Source: an uncultured Candidatus Micrarchaeota archaeon (GTDB taxonomy: Archaea; Micrarchaeota; Micrarchaeia; Anstonellales; Bilamarchaeaceae). Taken from it: a stretch of 64,000 nt of DNA. Where the stretch lies: the NCBI GenBank assembly GCA_963714085.1, contig OY970229.1, forward strand, positions 1,507,540-1,571,539, written 5' to 3'. A program made the position numbers and the translations under genes. Under the pieces are notes generated by a model. The model was given only the letters and a program-made list of their open reading frames with translations, ran no database searches and was not told where the DNA came from. Of this stretch, positions 38,153 to 48,642 are shown in pieces (position 1 is the stretch's first letter; each line of letters opens with the position of its first letter).

Positions 38153-38653
38153 ATGAGGATAAACTGGAAGGACCTGTTCATCGCGCTGGTGATAGGGCTT
38201 TGCGTAGGTTTCCTGGGCACATTCGCAGTGATGGCCCTGGGCGCGGCCTTACAAACCCTCGCGCTGCGGTCCATGTTCTTCAGGCTGTTCTTCCTGTCCA
38301 TGATAATCGCCGTCTCGCTCGGGTTCTATCTCTGGAGGAATAAGAGCAGCTGGGCCGACACCGCTATCATCTCCTTCATTTACGGGTTCATCCTGCCTTT
38401 TTTCGCGATGCTTTTCTTCCTGGTCGTCGTCATCATCGAAGGCATAGGGGGTTTTGACGTATTCAGCCAGATATACCGTCTCGACACGGCGACCATCCTG
38501 GCCTCGGTCGTGTTGATCGCATGCGGCAACGGGCTCCTGGCGGCGATACTGGGCTGCATCGTGAAATACGCGATCGAGCCTCGCGATACGCATCAAAAGC
38601 CGAAGGTAAGAACTAAGGAAACGGCTCATATCGACGTCTTGCTGAACAGGTAG
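38153..38653 (+). CDS. Multi-pass membrane protein
   Basis: Four hydrophobic segments. Confidence 0.7.
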   Translation: MRINWKDLFIALVIGLCVGFLGTFAVMALGAALQTLALRSMFFRLFFLSMIIAVSLGFYLWRNKSSWADTAIISFIYGFILPFFAMLFFLVVVIIEGIGGFDVFSQIYRLDTATILASVVLIACGNGLLAAILGCIVKYAIEPRDTHQKPKVRTKETAHIDVLLNR

Positions 38654-39378
38654 GACGCCGCTACGATCCCTACTATCAGCGATCCGACAGCGACCCCGAG
38701 GTCGAGCCATATGCTGAATGTCCCTGAGCCGAGCATGAGTATCCTCAGGCCGTCCACCGTGTAGCTGATGGGGTTGAGCTGGCTTATCACCTGCAGCCAT
38801 TGGGGCATCTTGTTTATGGGGAACAGCGCGTTCGAGAGGAAGAACAACGGCATGACCACCAGGTTCATTATGAGCTGGAAGGTCTCCACCTCCTGGATCA
38901 GCGAGGCGAAACAGATGCCGACGCTGACCAGGAAGCAGGACAGGATGATCAGCATGACGAATATCCCGGCGATGTTCAGGAGCGACGGGACCGCGATCCC
39001 GGTGATGAGGAACCCGAGCACGAGTATTATTACGCCCTGGATGATCGCCGTTGTGGCGCCGCCCAGCGTCCTGCCAATGACCAGCGTCTGCCTCGTGGCG
39101 GGCGCTGCGAGCATCTCTTTCAGGAATCCGAACTCCCGGTCCCAGATTATGGAGACCCCGGACGATATGGACGTGAACAGGACGCTCATCGCGAGTATGC
39201 CCGGCAGTATGAAGCCCTCGTAGTTGAATCCGGGCATCATGGCGGACAGGCCGCCTCCCAGGGCCGCAAGGAACAGCAGCGGCATGCCCAGGCTGCTTAT
39301 CATCCTGGACTTGGAGTTGGTGTAACGCTTCACTTCTCTGAGCCAAACGGCGTATATCTTGGACGGTTCAAAGCCCAC
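38626..39378 (-). CDS. ABC-2 type transporter permease
   Basis: DREFGFLKEML.AP, PLFFLSNALFP, NPISY.VDGLR. Confidence 0.93.
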   Translation of the reverse strand: MGFEPSKIYAVWLREVKRYTNSKSRMISSLGMPLLFLAALGGGLSAMMPGFNYEGFILPGILAMSVLFTSISSGVSIIWDREFGFLKEMLAAPATRQTLVIGRTLGGATTAIIQGVIILVLGFLITGIAVPSLLNIAGIFVMLIILSCFLVSVGICFASLIQEVETFQLIMNLVVMPLFFLSNALFPINKMPQWLQVISQLNPISYTVDGLRILMLGSGTFSIWLDLGVAVGSLIVGIVAASYLFSKTSI

Positions 39379-40348
39379 GTGCTCGCCTCGTTGCCATCAT
39401 TCCGCTCGGTGCGGCCTTCTCTTCCCTGATGCTGGTGCCGGTGTAGTGTATGAAGACGTCCTCAAGGCTCGGCATGTGCACCTCTATGCTCTCTATCTCT
39501 ATGCCTGCGCCGAGTGCGGCCTCCATCACCTTCGGGACCAGCTTCCCGCCCTCCTTGGCCTCGAACGAGACGGTCATGTCGGCGATGCGCGGCTCCGCGC
39601 TCAGGCCCATCTTCTTGACAAGCGCGGCCAGCTTCTTGGGCTCGCGGCATTCCACGGACATTATGCTCCCCCCGATTATGGCCTTAAGGTTCTTGGGGGT
39701 GTCCAGCACCTTTATCTTGCCATGGTCCACGATCGCTATCCTGTCGCAGAGGAAGTCCGCCTCCTCCAGGTAGTGCGTGGTGAGTATTATGGTTATCCCC
39801 TGCTCGCGGAGCTTCTCTATGTAGCTCCAGATATGCCTGCGGGTCTGGGGGTCCAGGCCCAGGGTCGGCTCGTCCAGGAAGAGTATCCTCGGCGTGTGCA
39901 TGAGGCCCCGGGCGATCTCCAGCCTGCGGCGCATGCCTCCGGAGAAGGTCTTGACCATCTTCTCCTGCCAGTCTGTCAGCTCCACCAGCTCCAGGACCTC
40001 CTTTATCCGCTGCCTCCGCAGCGGGCCGTCCATGCCGTAGAGCCTGCCGTGTATGTCCAGGTTGTCGTAGGCGCTCAGGCGCGTGTCCACGGTCGGGTCC
40101 TGGAACACTAATCCTATGGAGCCGCGCACCTCGTCCGACTGGGTGCGCACGTCGAAACCGTTGACCGTCGCGGTGCCGGAGGTCGGCTCGATCAGGGTCG
40201 CGAGCATGTATATCGTGGTGCTCTTGCCCGCGCCGTTCGGGCCCAGGAAGCCGAACAGCTCCCCGGTCTTCACGCTGAAGCTTATGCCGTCCACGGCCGT
40301 GAAGCCGTTGAACTTCTTGACAAGGTCCTTGACCTCCATCGCGTCCAT
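39368..40348 (-). CDS. ABC transporter ATP-binding protein (DrrA-like exporter)
   Basis: GPNGAGKST, FSGGMRRR, LFLDEPT, TTHY. Confidence 0.95.
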   Translation of the reverse strand: MDAMEVKDLVKKFNGFTAVDGISFSVKTGELFGFLGPNGAGKSTTIYMLATLIEPTSGTATVNGFDVRTQSDEVRGSIGLVFQDPTVDTRLSAYDNLDIHGRLYGMDGPLRRQRIKEVLELVELTDWQEKMVKTFSGGMRRRLEIARGLMHTPRILFLDEPTLGLDPQTRRHIWSYIEKLREQGITIILTTHYLEEADFLCDRIAIVDHGKIKVLDTPKNLKAIIGGSIMSVECREPKKLAALVKKMGLSAEPRIADMTVSFEAKEGGKLVPKVMEAALGAGIEIESIEVHMPSLEDVFIHYTGTSIREEKAAPSGMMATRRARGL

Positions 40349-40358
40349 GGGAACCAGC

Positions 40359-40589
40359 TCAGAGGCTTTTCAGTATCTTCTCGGCGAACTCCTTTATGGC
40401 GTCGGCCTTCAAAAGCACTATCCCCCTGTGCCCTCTGCCGAGGACGACGAGCTTGTCTCCGGGCTCTATGCCGAAGTCCTCCCTCGCCTCCTTGGGGATC
40501 ACTATCTGGCCCCGCTCGCCCACGGCGACCGCTCCGTAGAAATGCCTCTCCTTCATGCCTTTCATAATCATATTATGCATACTAATCAT
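40359..40589 (-). CDS. AbrB/MazE/SpoVT-family regulator
   Basis: VGERGQIVIPKEAREDFGIEPGDKL; true start probably a downstream Met. Confidence 0.9.
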   Translation of the reverse strand: MISMHNMIMKGMKERHFYGAVAVGERGQIVIPKEAREDFGIEPGDKLVVLGRGHRGIVLLKADAIKEFAEKILKSL

Positions 40590-40759
40590 ATTTAAATGTA
40601 TTGTGTGGGCGGGAAAAAACGCTCACCGCAGCGGCCCCCGACCTTTCGAACCGGCATCGGATCAGGATGGCGCACGGATACGCGCCATAAAGCACATCAA
40701 ATACGCATTTAAACATTTCCTACATAAAACCCCGTAACGAATAAATTTTGGGGATTCCT

Positions 40760-41371
40760 ATGAAACAATCAACCACGGCGAAAAGGGCCATTGCCAGGCG
40801 GACAGCAACTGCGGTTTTACTCGGGGCGAGTTTGATTTCCTTCAGTCCGCTTCTTGGTGGCTGCGATGACCCAAAGACTGCTCTCGAAGCGAGGTGCAAT
40901 CAGGGGTACATCTCGATAACAGTACAGAGCTATGGCAATGCCCTGGAGTCTATGGGCGCATCGAATGATACCATGGTCAGGCGCCTGTCAAACGAATTCG
41001 TCTGCCCTCCGCGTCGGTTCGCGAAGAACGCCCAGGACGTATCCTGGTTCCGGAGCTCCAACGTTGACCTCGCAGAGAGCTGCTCCCAGGACCTTGGAAT
41101 CCCTCTTTGGGGCTTCAACAAGCTGCAGAAGCTGATCTATTTCGACGGCCCGGCCGGAAAGTACGAGTTCTCAGTTCCGGTGCGCGAGCGCAACCCGGAG
41201 CGCAGGCAAAAGGGCTATGCGAGGCTCCAGGACGCTCTCAGGAGCGGCATCCAGGCTCTTGAACTGGGCGGCTCGCCGATCATCGTGCGGCTGGATTCCA
41301 TATCGCTAGACGGCGACCAGATCAATGTCAAGGCCGTCGCTGGGCCCCGCGAAACTTTCGCGAAGCAGTAA
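40760..41371 (+). CDS. Secreted lipoprotein-like hypothetical protein
   Basis: Basic N-region with RR, hydrophobic stretch, LLGGC. Confidence 0.65.
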   Translation: MKQSTTAKRAIARRTATAVLLGASLISFSPLLGGCDDPKTALEARCNQGYISITVQSYGNALESMGASNDTMVRRLSNEFVCPPRRFAKNAQDVSWFRSSNVDLAESCSQDLGIPLWGFNKLQKLIYFDGPAGKYEFSVPVRERNPERRQKGYARLQDALRSGIQALELGGSPIIVRLDSISLDGDQINVKAVAGPRETFAKQ

Positions 41372-41374
41372 CGC

Positions 41375-41881
41375 TCAGAGCCCGGCCAGCCTCTCCGCGC
41401 CTTTTATGGATTCGATGAACTTCACAGTTCCTTCGGGCACGTGCTTCTTCCACTCCGGGTCGCCCTTGGCGATCAGCTCCCGGATGAGCCTGCCCTCCTT
41501 CGGCCCGCGGTCGAAGAACTCCACCGGTTTCAGCGGGATCCCGGCCTTGTGGAACAAATCAGCGACGACCTCGTTGTTGGAATACACCGCGTTGAAGTAC
41601 GGCACCAATGATTTCACGTGCCCCACCCATTTCGAATGGTCGTTCACGTCCCGCACCGGGATGATCAGCATCCTGGAGAGCTGCTCGCCGCTGAACGCGG
41701 CGCGTATCATCTCGATCCGCTCGCCCGCGGAAAAGGGATTCTCCTTGGTCATGGGCGACTCGGCCGAGCCCACGCAGATTATCACTTCGGCATGCTCCGA
41801 GAGCAGCCTCTCGACCACGCTCCTGTGGCCGTGGTGGAACGGCTGGAACCTCCCTATGAAAAGCGCCCTGTCAGCGGTCAT
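41375..41881 (-). CDS. nadM: Nicotinamide-nucleotide adenylyltransferase
   Basis: ALFIGRFQPFHHGH, NPFSAGERIEMI. Confidence 0.92.
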   Translation of the reverse strand: MTADRALFIGRFQPFHHGHRSVVERLLSEHAEVIICVGSAESPMTKENPFSAGERIEMIRAAFSGEQLSRMLIIPVRDVNDHSKWVGHVKSLVPYFNAVYSNNEVVADLFHKAGIPLKPVEFFDRGPKEGRLIRELIAKGDPEWKKHVPEGTVKFIESIKGAERLAGL

Positions 41882-44800
41882 TTCTTCACTGGTTTATCTG
41901 CCGTCTGGACGTGCTCGCTCCTCTTGTCGAACTTCACGCCCACTATCCTGGATTCGCCTCCTACCTTGGCCACGCCCAGCACGGTCTCGGCGGTCGACAT
42001 CACTATGTCGTTGTGGGACACGACCATGAACTGGGTGTCGGCCGCCATGCCGGACACGAGCTGGGAGAGGTTCTTGCTGTTCTCCTTGTCCAGCGCGGCG
42101 TCGACCTCATCAAGTATGTAGAACGGCGACGGCTTGAAGAACTGCATGGCGAATATGAACATCAGGGCCACCAGCGAGTTCTCTCCGCCTGAAAGCGAGT
42201 CTATGGAGTGCTCCACCACCTTGCCGTCCTTGCCCGCGCGCCTTATCTTGATGTACAGCCCGGACTCGAAGGGCTCGTTGGGCTTGTCCATGTAGAGGTA
42301 GCCCTCGCCTATCTTCAGGTAGGTGAACATCTTCTTGAAGTTCTCGCTGACGGAATAGAAGGTCTTGAAGAACGCGTCCTTCTTGTGCTGCTCGATCTCG
42401 TTTATCATGTCGAGGATGGACTTGCGCTCGTCGCCCAGCTTGTTTATCTTCTCCTCCACCCCCTCTATCTCGGCCTTCTTCCTCCCGTACATCTCTATCG
42501 CCGCCATGTTGACGTTCGGCATGGAGTCTATCAGCGCCTCGGCCTCGCTTATCATGGCGTTGAGCTCGTCTTTTTTCACTCCGTCGAGCAGCTCCGCGTC
42601 CTGGTATTTCACGAACTCGGCCCTGATGTCCTCCAGGCGCGTGGCGGCGGTAGCCTTCCGGACCTCCAGCTGCCCCATATCCTTGTTGAATTTGTCCAGC
42701 TCGAGCCTCTTCTCGGCCCGCTGCCTGCTCAGCTCGGTTATCTCCTTCTCCATGCCCTTCATCTTCTCCATGAGCTTCTCGCTCTCCTTGGATATGCCCG
42801 AGACCTTGTCCTCGAGCTTGAGCAGCTCCTCCTGCTCGCCCACGGCCTGGCGCTTGAGCTCGTTTATCTTCGCGATCGCGTCCTTGGCCTCCTTCTCCAG
42901 CTCCTTCACGCGCTTCTCCTTGGCCCGCAGCTCGCCCTTGCGTATCTCCAGCTCCTTCGCCTTGCCCTCTATCGTCGCTCGTAGCGAGGACACCTTCGAG
43001 GCGAACTCCGTGCGCTTCCTGCCCGCCTCGGCGGACGCGCTCTCGAACTTCTTCTCCGCGGCCTCCAGCTTCGTCCTCAATTCCAGCATCTTCGCCTGCC
43101 CGGCCTCTATCTGGGACGCCAGGGACGCCATCTCGCCGGCTTTCGCCTTGAGCAGCGCCTCCATTTCGGCTATCTCGGAGAGCACGCCGTCCCTGCGCTT
43201 GAGCTCGTCGCGCAGCCTCGCGCTGTCCTCCTCGTGGCGCCGCAGCTCCATCTCGAGGGTCTTCATCTTCAGCTCGAGCTCGGACTTCCTCGCGCGCATG
43301 TCCTGCTCGGACTGCCTTATGGAATACAGCTCCTGGACCAGCGATGCCTTGGCGCCCTTCAAGGACTCGAGCTGCGTCTCTATCTTCTTGAGCTGGCTGT
43401 TGCCGAGCAGCGAGGAGTCCTGCCTCCCTCCGCTCACTATGCCGGAGCGCTCGAATATCTCGCCGTCCATGGTGACCATGCGGTGCTTGCCGACCCCTAT
43501 CCTCTTCGCGTCGTCCGCCCCGTCCACCAGCAGCGTCTCTCCGAAGACGTACTCCATCGCGCGCCGGACATGCGCCGGGCAGCTTATGACCTCGAGCACG
43601 GACTCGAATCCGTTGTGCTTGGCCGCCGCGGAGACGCGCACGTCGTTGAGCGGTATGAACGTCGCCCTGCCGGCCTTGGCCTTCTTCAGCCGGTCTATCA
43701 CCCTGGTGGCCGCGTCTATGTCGTCCACCACCACGTAGAGCAGCCTGCTGCCCCCGCACGCCTCCACCGCCTGCGCGTGCTTGGGCTCGAACGCTATGAG
43801 GTCGGCCACGGTGCCGTGTATCCCGTTGCCGTCCTTCTCCCTCATGGCGGCTATGAACTGCAGCGCGGGGTTGGCCAGCTGTGGCGACGCGCGCACCTTG
43901 TGCACGGCCTTGGCCTCGTTGAGCTCGAGGAGCTTCCTGTCCAGCTCGCGCACCTCGTCGTTTATCTCCTTGGTCCTTGCGAACGAGGCCTCTATGTCGT
44001 CGCCTATGCCTTTGGCGGCTTTCCTCAGCGACTCCACCTCCTTGTCGGAGGCCTCCGCCTCAGGGGCTTCGGGCGCTATGCGCTCGGCGTCCTCCTTCTT
44101 CATGGCGATTATCTCGCGCTTGGACTCGGTCTCGCTTTTCACGCTCGCGAGCTTCTCCCGCAGCCCCTGCACGTTCTCGGACGCCTGCGCCACCGAGGTC
44201 CGGAGCGAATCGACCTCCTCGTTGCGGATGAGGGCCGCCTGTGCCGCGGCCGCGGCCTCCAGCGACTTCAGCTCGTCCTTCATCCTGCCCACTTCGGAGT
44301 CCAAGGCCTTGAGCTCGTCCCCCTCCTTGCCTACCCCCTTGGAGATGCTCTCCGCGTCCTCGTTGGCCTTGGCGACCGACTCCTCCTTGTCCTTGGACAT
44401 CTGTATCTTGGAGCTGGCCGACGCTTTCAGCTCCTCTATCCTGCGTATTATGGTGGACGTCTGCTGCCTCTCCACGAGCTCGCGGTTGGTCTGGTAGCGC
44501 TGCGCCTCTACCGCGGCGATCTTCGCGTCCAGCTCCGCGTGGTCCTTTTCCCGCGCGCCCATGTTGAACCGTATCTTCTCCTCGAGCTTGGCCGCATCGG
44601 CGAGCTCCTTCTCCAGCCGGTTCAGCTCGCTTTTCAGCAGCGTGCCCCTCGCGCTCGAGAGCTTCTTCTTCGCGTCCATGAACTTGAGCGCGGCCTCCTT
44701 CTCCTGCTCGAGCTGGTTCAGTATCGCCTGGCGCTCGCCCAGTATTATGGAGGCGTCCTTTATCCTCGACTCCACGATGTCCAGCTCGCCTATGGACTCC

Positions 44801-46926
44801 TTCTTCTTGGACTCGAAGTCCGATATGCCGGCCACTGAGTCTATTATGGTGCGCCGCTCCTTGCCTCCCATGTTGATTATCCTGGCGACCTCGCCCTGCG
44901 CGATTATGTTCCTCCCGGACTCGTCGAGGTTGTACTTCTTCATGCAGTCGAGTATCGCGTTCCTCGTGGTCTTCTTGCCGTTTAGCCGGTAGAGTATCTT
45001 GCCGTCCTCGCGGATCACGCGCTTGAGCTCCAGCTTCGTGTCCCCGTCGAACTCCATTGTGACCTCCGCGGTCCTCGCTCCGGTGTGGATGAGGTCGCGG
45101 ACCTTCTTGGCCCGCAGCGATTTCAGGGATATCTCCCCCATGACGAAGCGTATCGCGTCGCCGAAATTGCTGTTATGGACTATCATGCCGTTCGCGATGA
45201 AATTATGGTGCTCCCCGATGCTCAGGTCGTAGACCCATTCCTCCCTGGGTGCGGTCGCCTCTATGCTTTCGACCTCGTCCCAGAAGATATCCGATTGGGA
45301 AAGCAGTTCCAGGCGCGCGACAGCCTCGGATTCAATCTGTTTCTGGAGCGCCACCGGGCGCATGGCATTGACCAGGAGATGCCTGATCCCGTAGCGGGAG
45401 GGAAGGCATTGGTCGTAGCAGTATGCATCTAGACGCGGGAACTCCTTTTTCATCCTCTTGACTGAGATGCCGAGGTCGCTGACCGCGGTCCTGACAACTG
45501 AATTGGCTTCTATAAGGTCCACGTTGGGATTGATCTTTTTTTGGACGAGGCGCCTGAGTCGTTCCGATTTCTTTTTATGCACCATTTTAACGTTCCGCTC
45601 GAACAACGCCATGTTCTCGATTTCTGAAATCGTCAGCTTCAGGTAGGAACCGACAAAACCTGTTTTGGTCTCTCTCTTGGAGACCCTCGCCTTCCTTGGA
45701 ACTACCCCCAGCCGGAGCAGTATCGATTCCACGCCGCTTATGAGCCTCTCGCTTTTCAGCGTGAGCTCGACGGTATTCTTCGAGACGTAACCATCCCCGC
45801 AGAACAACCCGTTGAGGAGGTTGGACAGCTGCTCGTCCGTGCTGTGCTTGAGCAGCAGGTCCGATATGTATTTTCCTTCTGCACCTTGGAAAGACATCCC
45901 GAGCTTCAACAGGAGGTTCCTCAAGGCAGTATTGTTGATTATCACATCGCAGGCGTTCTCCTTGTATTTGTAAATGTGGGGTTCGACATGGAAAACGTCC
46001 CTGGTGATCCTGGCGAAATCCTGCACGACCTCCTCGCAGCCGTTGGTGAACCTGATCTGATTGTTGTGCATGCTCGTGCTTCCATCAGCCAGGAGATAGC
46101 CGAGGAACCTGCAAAGCTCATTGGAATTCTGCCATGGCATCCTCAGGATGGAACCAGCGCCATCGCCTTTCACTTCCGTTATCAGCTGGGCGGTCTCTAT
46201 ATCGCTGAAGCCGAAGAACCTCAGTGTCCGCACCAGGTAAGGGAATTGGATCGCTTGTTCCATGTTCACAAAGCACGTGAGGGCTGTTTCGGGAAGCTGT
46301 AGCTTTTCCCCCAGCGTTCCCCAGGTCATTCCGGCCTTTTTGGATCGGATTATCGTGGCTATCTTCTCATCGTATGGCACGTAAATCTTGTCATCGGGGC
46401 TTATGAGGTCGAGGAACTCCAGGAAGAACGGCTCCTGAGGCTCCACCGGCACCTTGCGCGGCACGGCGATCCTTATCCTCTCCTTCAGCTCGTCCGCGCG
46501 TATCGGGCGGATTTGGCCGTTGTCGAGAATGAAAAAAGGATGGTACTCGGTCGCGACTATCTCCTTTCCCGAGCGGGTCCTCACCCTGAGCATCCTGCTG
46601 GGGGCCTTCCTCTTCACGAAGGCGGCAATCGCCCTTTTCGTTATCTTCAGGCTGTTGGTATCCAGGGTGAGTATCTCCTTCGGGGCCTCGGCCTGGGCGA
46701 CATAACCATCGTCCATCTCTTCGACATGGCCGTTCGAGAGCGCATGGTCCACGAGGTCGCGAATCTTCTCGGTCGTGCCGTCGGAGAGCAACACCTCGGT
46801 GTCGCCATCCACGCACTTTCCCGACCCGTTCGGGCCCGCGAGGCAGACGAACGATTTGGGGAGATCTATGTTCACGAGCTTGAATGACTTGAAATTCCTG
46901 ATTTTGACCCTGGAAATGTAGATCAT
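41878..46926 (-). CDS. smc: Chromosome segregation protein SMC with one intein (1134 aa extein)
   Basis: NFKSF, GPNGSGK|SN, coiled coils, hinge GRATFIPL, LSGGE, FYILDEVDAALD. Confidence 0.96.
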   Translation of the reverse strand: MIYISRVKIRNFKSFKLVNIDLPKSFVCLAGPNGSGKCVDGDTEVLLSDGTTEKIRDLVDHALSNGHVEEMDDGYVAQAEAPKEILTLDTNSLKITKRAIAAFVKRKAPSRMLRVRTRSGKEIVATEYHPFFILDNGQIRPIRADELKERIRIAVPRKVPVEPQEPFFLEFLDLISPDDKIYVPYDEKIATIIRSKKAGMTWGTLGEKLQLPETALTCFVNMEQAIQFPYLVRTLRFFGFSDIETAQLITEVKGDGAGSILRMPWQNSNELCRFLGYLLADGSTSMHNNQIRFTNGCEEVVQDFARITRDVFHVEPHIYKYKENACDVIINNTALRNLLLKLGMSFQGAEGKYISDLLLKHSTDEQLSNLLNGLFCGDGYVSKNTVELTLKSERLISGVESILLRLGVVPRKARVSKRETKTGFVGSYLKLTISEIENMALFERNVKMVHKKKSERLRRLVQKKINPNVDLIEANSVVRTAVSDLGISVKRMKKEFPRLDAYCYDQCLPSRYGIRHLLVNAMRPVALQKQIESEAVARLELLSQSDIFWDEVESIEATAPREEWVYDLSIGEHHNFIANGMIVHNSNFGDAIRFVMGEISLKSLRAKKVRDLIHTGARTAEVTMEFDGDTKLELKRVIREDGKILYRLNGKKTTRNAILDCMKKYNLDESGRNIIAQGEVARIINMGGKERRTIIDSVAGISDFESKKKESIGELDIVESRIKDASIILGERQAILNQLEQEKEAALKFMDAKKKLSSARGTLLKSELNRLEKELADAAKLEEKIRFNMGAREKDHAELDAKIAAVEAQRYQTNRELVERQQTSTIIRRIEELKASASSKIQMSKDKEESVAKANEDAESISKGVGKEGDELKALDSEVGRMKDELKSLEAAAAAQAALIRNEEVDSLRTSVAQASENVQGLREKLASVKSETESKREIIAMKKEDAERIAPEAPEAEASDKEVESLRKAAKGIGDDIEASFARTKEINDEVRELDRKLLELNEAKAVHKVRASPQLANPALQFIAAMREKDGNGIHGTVADLIAFEPKHAQAVEACGGSRLLYVVVDDIDAATRVIDRLKKAKAGRATFIPLNDVRVSAAAKHNGFESVLEVISCPAHVRRAMEYVFGETLLVDGADDAKRIGVGKHRMVTMDGEIFERSGIVSGGRQDSSLLGNSQLKKIETQLESLKGAKASLVQELYSIRQSEQDMRARKSELELKMKTLEMELRRHEEDSARLRDELKRRDGVLSEIAEMEALLKAKAGEMASLASQIEAGQAKMLELRTKLEAAEKKFESASAEAGRKRTEFASKVSSLRATIEGKAKELEIRKGELRAKEKRVKELEKEAKDAIAKINELKRQAVGEQEELLKLEDKVSGISKESEKLMEKMKGMEKEITELSRQRAEKRLELDKFNKDMGQLEVRKATAATRLEDIRAEFVKYQDAELLDGVKKDELNAMISEAEALIDSMPNVNMAAIEMYGRKKAEIEGVEEKINKLGDERKSILDMINEIEQHKKDAFFKTFYSVSENFKKMFTYLKIGEGYLYMDKPNEPFESGLYIKIRRAGKDGKVVEHSIDSLSGGENSLVALMFIFAMQFFKPSPFYILDEVDAALDKENSKNLSQLVSGMAADTQFMVVSHNDIVMSTAETVLGVAKVGGESRIVGVKFDKRSEHVQTADKPVKK
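45172..46815 (-). mobile_element. Intein in the SMC Walker A motif (548 aa, LAGLIDADG endonuclease)
   Basis: GSGK|CVDGDT...ATEYHPF...IVHN|S; LGYLLADG and LNGLFCGDG motifs. Confidence 0.94.
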
Positions 46927-47041
46927 GGGAACACTAACTCCATTTCGCGAATCAGGATTAAAAGGCTTGCTGCGCGGGATAACTAGTGTTGACTTAGGTG
47001 TATAAAAATGTTTCGTTACATATGTAATCAAGGTGATATTG

Positions 47042-47926
47042 ATGGCATACGCATTGAAACAAGATGTCGCTGGACACAAAGCGACGAAAACCGCATCGCT
47101 AATGCTCGCGCTCCCGCTCGCCGCAGGGCTGCTTTCATCCAAGGCCAGGGCTGAGACGGAAAACACCCCGACCAAGCCGACCGTTGCCGTGGAGCAGTAC
47201 ACTTATGTGAGCAGAGCCCAGGTAATACGGGGGCTTGTGACGAGCTGCCAGAAGAAAAATGATTGCGTGCTCCATTCCAACGTGAAAGCCGGGGACTCCC
47301 TTTTCACGCTAACCGACGCGAGAACCGGCGCGCTTGTTGTGGAAGCGAAAGTGACCGAAGTGAACCCGAACGGTGTTACTTTCACATTGAAAGATCCCGC
47401 GAGCAGGATTTCTGAGACGTTCACCCTGAATTACGACGGCACCGGGACGAACGTTCCGCAGTCGCTTGTGAATACATATTTCAATTGGAGCGGTTGGAAA
47501 GCGAAGAAGACCGCTGACCCGAACGTGGCCGAAGTCAGGCTGCCGGAAAATTTCGAATCAAGCGCGCACAAGTGGGCGCGAAAGACTAAAACCGAAATAG
47601 CTGGGAAAGGACTCGCGATGCTTATCCCGGCGCCGAAGGATGGTAATACGGGTTTCCTCGTGTTAGACCGCGACCTCGATGCGCCCGTGGTGACCAAGGT
47701 CGATGGCAAAGGGGTCGAATTCGTATTCCCGTATCAAGCCTTTCAAGTGCCTGAAACCGGATCTCATGCCGGAGGGCCCGTAAGGCTCGATTATGGCCAG
47801 GAATGCACAATCATACGAGATGTGAGCGTCATGTCGCTCAAAGCACAAAAAAGAACCGGCAAGTACACCGCGAACATGACCGTCACCGAGATGGAACCGG
47901 TATACGGGGACTCCGGCAGCAAATAA
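47042..47926 (+). CDS. Secreted hypothetical protein
   Basis: SD aggtga; signal peptide ending KARA; beta-rich mature part. Confidence 0.7.
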   Translation: MAYALKQDVAGHKATKTASLMLALPLAAGLLSSKARAETENTPTKPTVAVEQYTYVSRAQVIRGLVTSCQKKNDCVLHSNVKAGDSLFTLTDARTGALVVEAKVTEVNPNGVTFTLKDPASRISETFTLNYDGTGTNVPQSLVNTYFNWSGWKAKKTADPNVAEVRLPENFESSAHKWARKTKTEIAGKGLAMLIPAPKDGNTGFLVLDRDLDAPVVTKVDGKGVEFVFPYQAFQVPETGSHAGGPVRLDYGQECTIIRDVSVMSLKAQKRTGKYTANMTVTEMEPVYGDSGSK

Positions 47927-47953
47927 AATCGTTTGAATGCCTCTGCGGCGGGT

Positions 47954-48223
47954 TCAGCGCGAGAGCTCCTTGAGCATCTCCGCGCCCTTGGCGGTGAGTG
48001 AGAGGAAGACCGGCTTCCCGTCCGGATTCAGTATCTCGACGTATTTCTCCTCCACGAGCAGGTCCAGGTGCTTCCGGACCGCCACGTGGCTCACCCCGAG
48101 CCGCTCGGCGAGAAGGTTGAGGTAGCACGCCTCGTGCTTCCTCTCGCATTCGGCGATGATCCTGATGATCTTGCGCCGGGTCTCGGAACCCTTGCTCCAG
48201 TAAAATAAAATGGTTCGGCTCAT
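47954..48223 (-). CDS. ArsR-like winged-helix regulator
   Basis: KGSETRRKII...NLLAERLGVSHVAVRKHLDLL. Confidence 0.85.
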   Translation of the reverse strand: MSRTILFYWSKGSETRRKIIRIIAECERKHEACYLNLLAERLGVSHVAVRKHLDLLVEEKYVEILNPDGKPVFLSLTAKGAEMLKELSR

Positions 48224-48549
48224 TCTACCCTCTTGCGTATGTCCTTCATCGTCTTATATATGCCGTAGCAGGACGCTGCGAAGAATATCGCGGACAGGAT
48301 GTCGCTGATTTCCTGAAGCGACGCGAAGACCTCGAAGCCGCGCATCATGGGCACCAGTATCAGGAGCCACTGCGAGATGGCGAAGAAAAGCGCCGACAGG
48401 ATAAGCGAGAACCAGTACCAGCCCTTGTCCGTCTCAAGGTACAGCTTTATCGCGAGCACCAGCGCGCCGAGCACGCTGATGGACGCCACTAAGCGCAGCA
48501 CGAGCACGAGAACCATAAATCCGTCTGGCGGCAGTATCATCGGAGCCAT
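48220..48549 (-). CDS. Small membrane protein, stop overlapping the regulator start
   Basis: Three to four TM segments; SD aggtga. Confidence 0.75.
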   Translation of the reverse strand: MAPMILPPDGFMVLVLVLRLVASISVLGALVLAIKLYLETDKGWYWFSLILSALFFAISQWLLILVPMMRGFEVFASLQEISDILSAIFFAASCYGIYKTMKDIRKRVE

Positions 48550-48589
48550 TCTTTTCACCTGACATGGTTGAGGCGCCGGAAGCTTTTTA

Positions 48590-48623
48590 AATGTAATTAC
48601 ATTAAGGTTACATTAGGCTTACA
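48590..48623. promoter_or_regulatory. Putative operator in a divergent promoter
   Basis: Palindrome aatgtaattacatt plus TTACA at 48597, 48608 and 48619 (11-bp spacing). Confidence 0.55.
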
Positions 48624-48642
48624 GAAACGGCCAACGCGCAGG

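Noticed and set aside
40359..40589. AbrB/MazE gene as a toxin-antitoxin antitoxin
   Set aside because: No adjacent toxin; it heads an ABC exporter operon, consistent with a plain regulator.
46927..47202. N-terminal 92-aa extension of the SMC ORF
   Set aside because: It overlaps the divergent gene and promoter; SMC homology starts at MIYISRVKIRNFKSF (46926).
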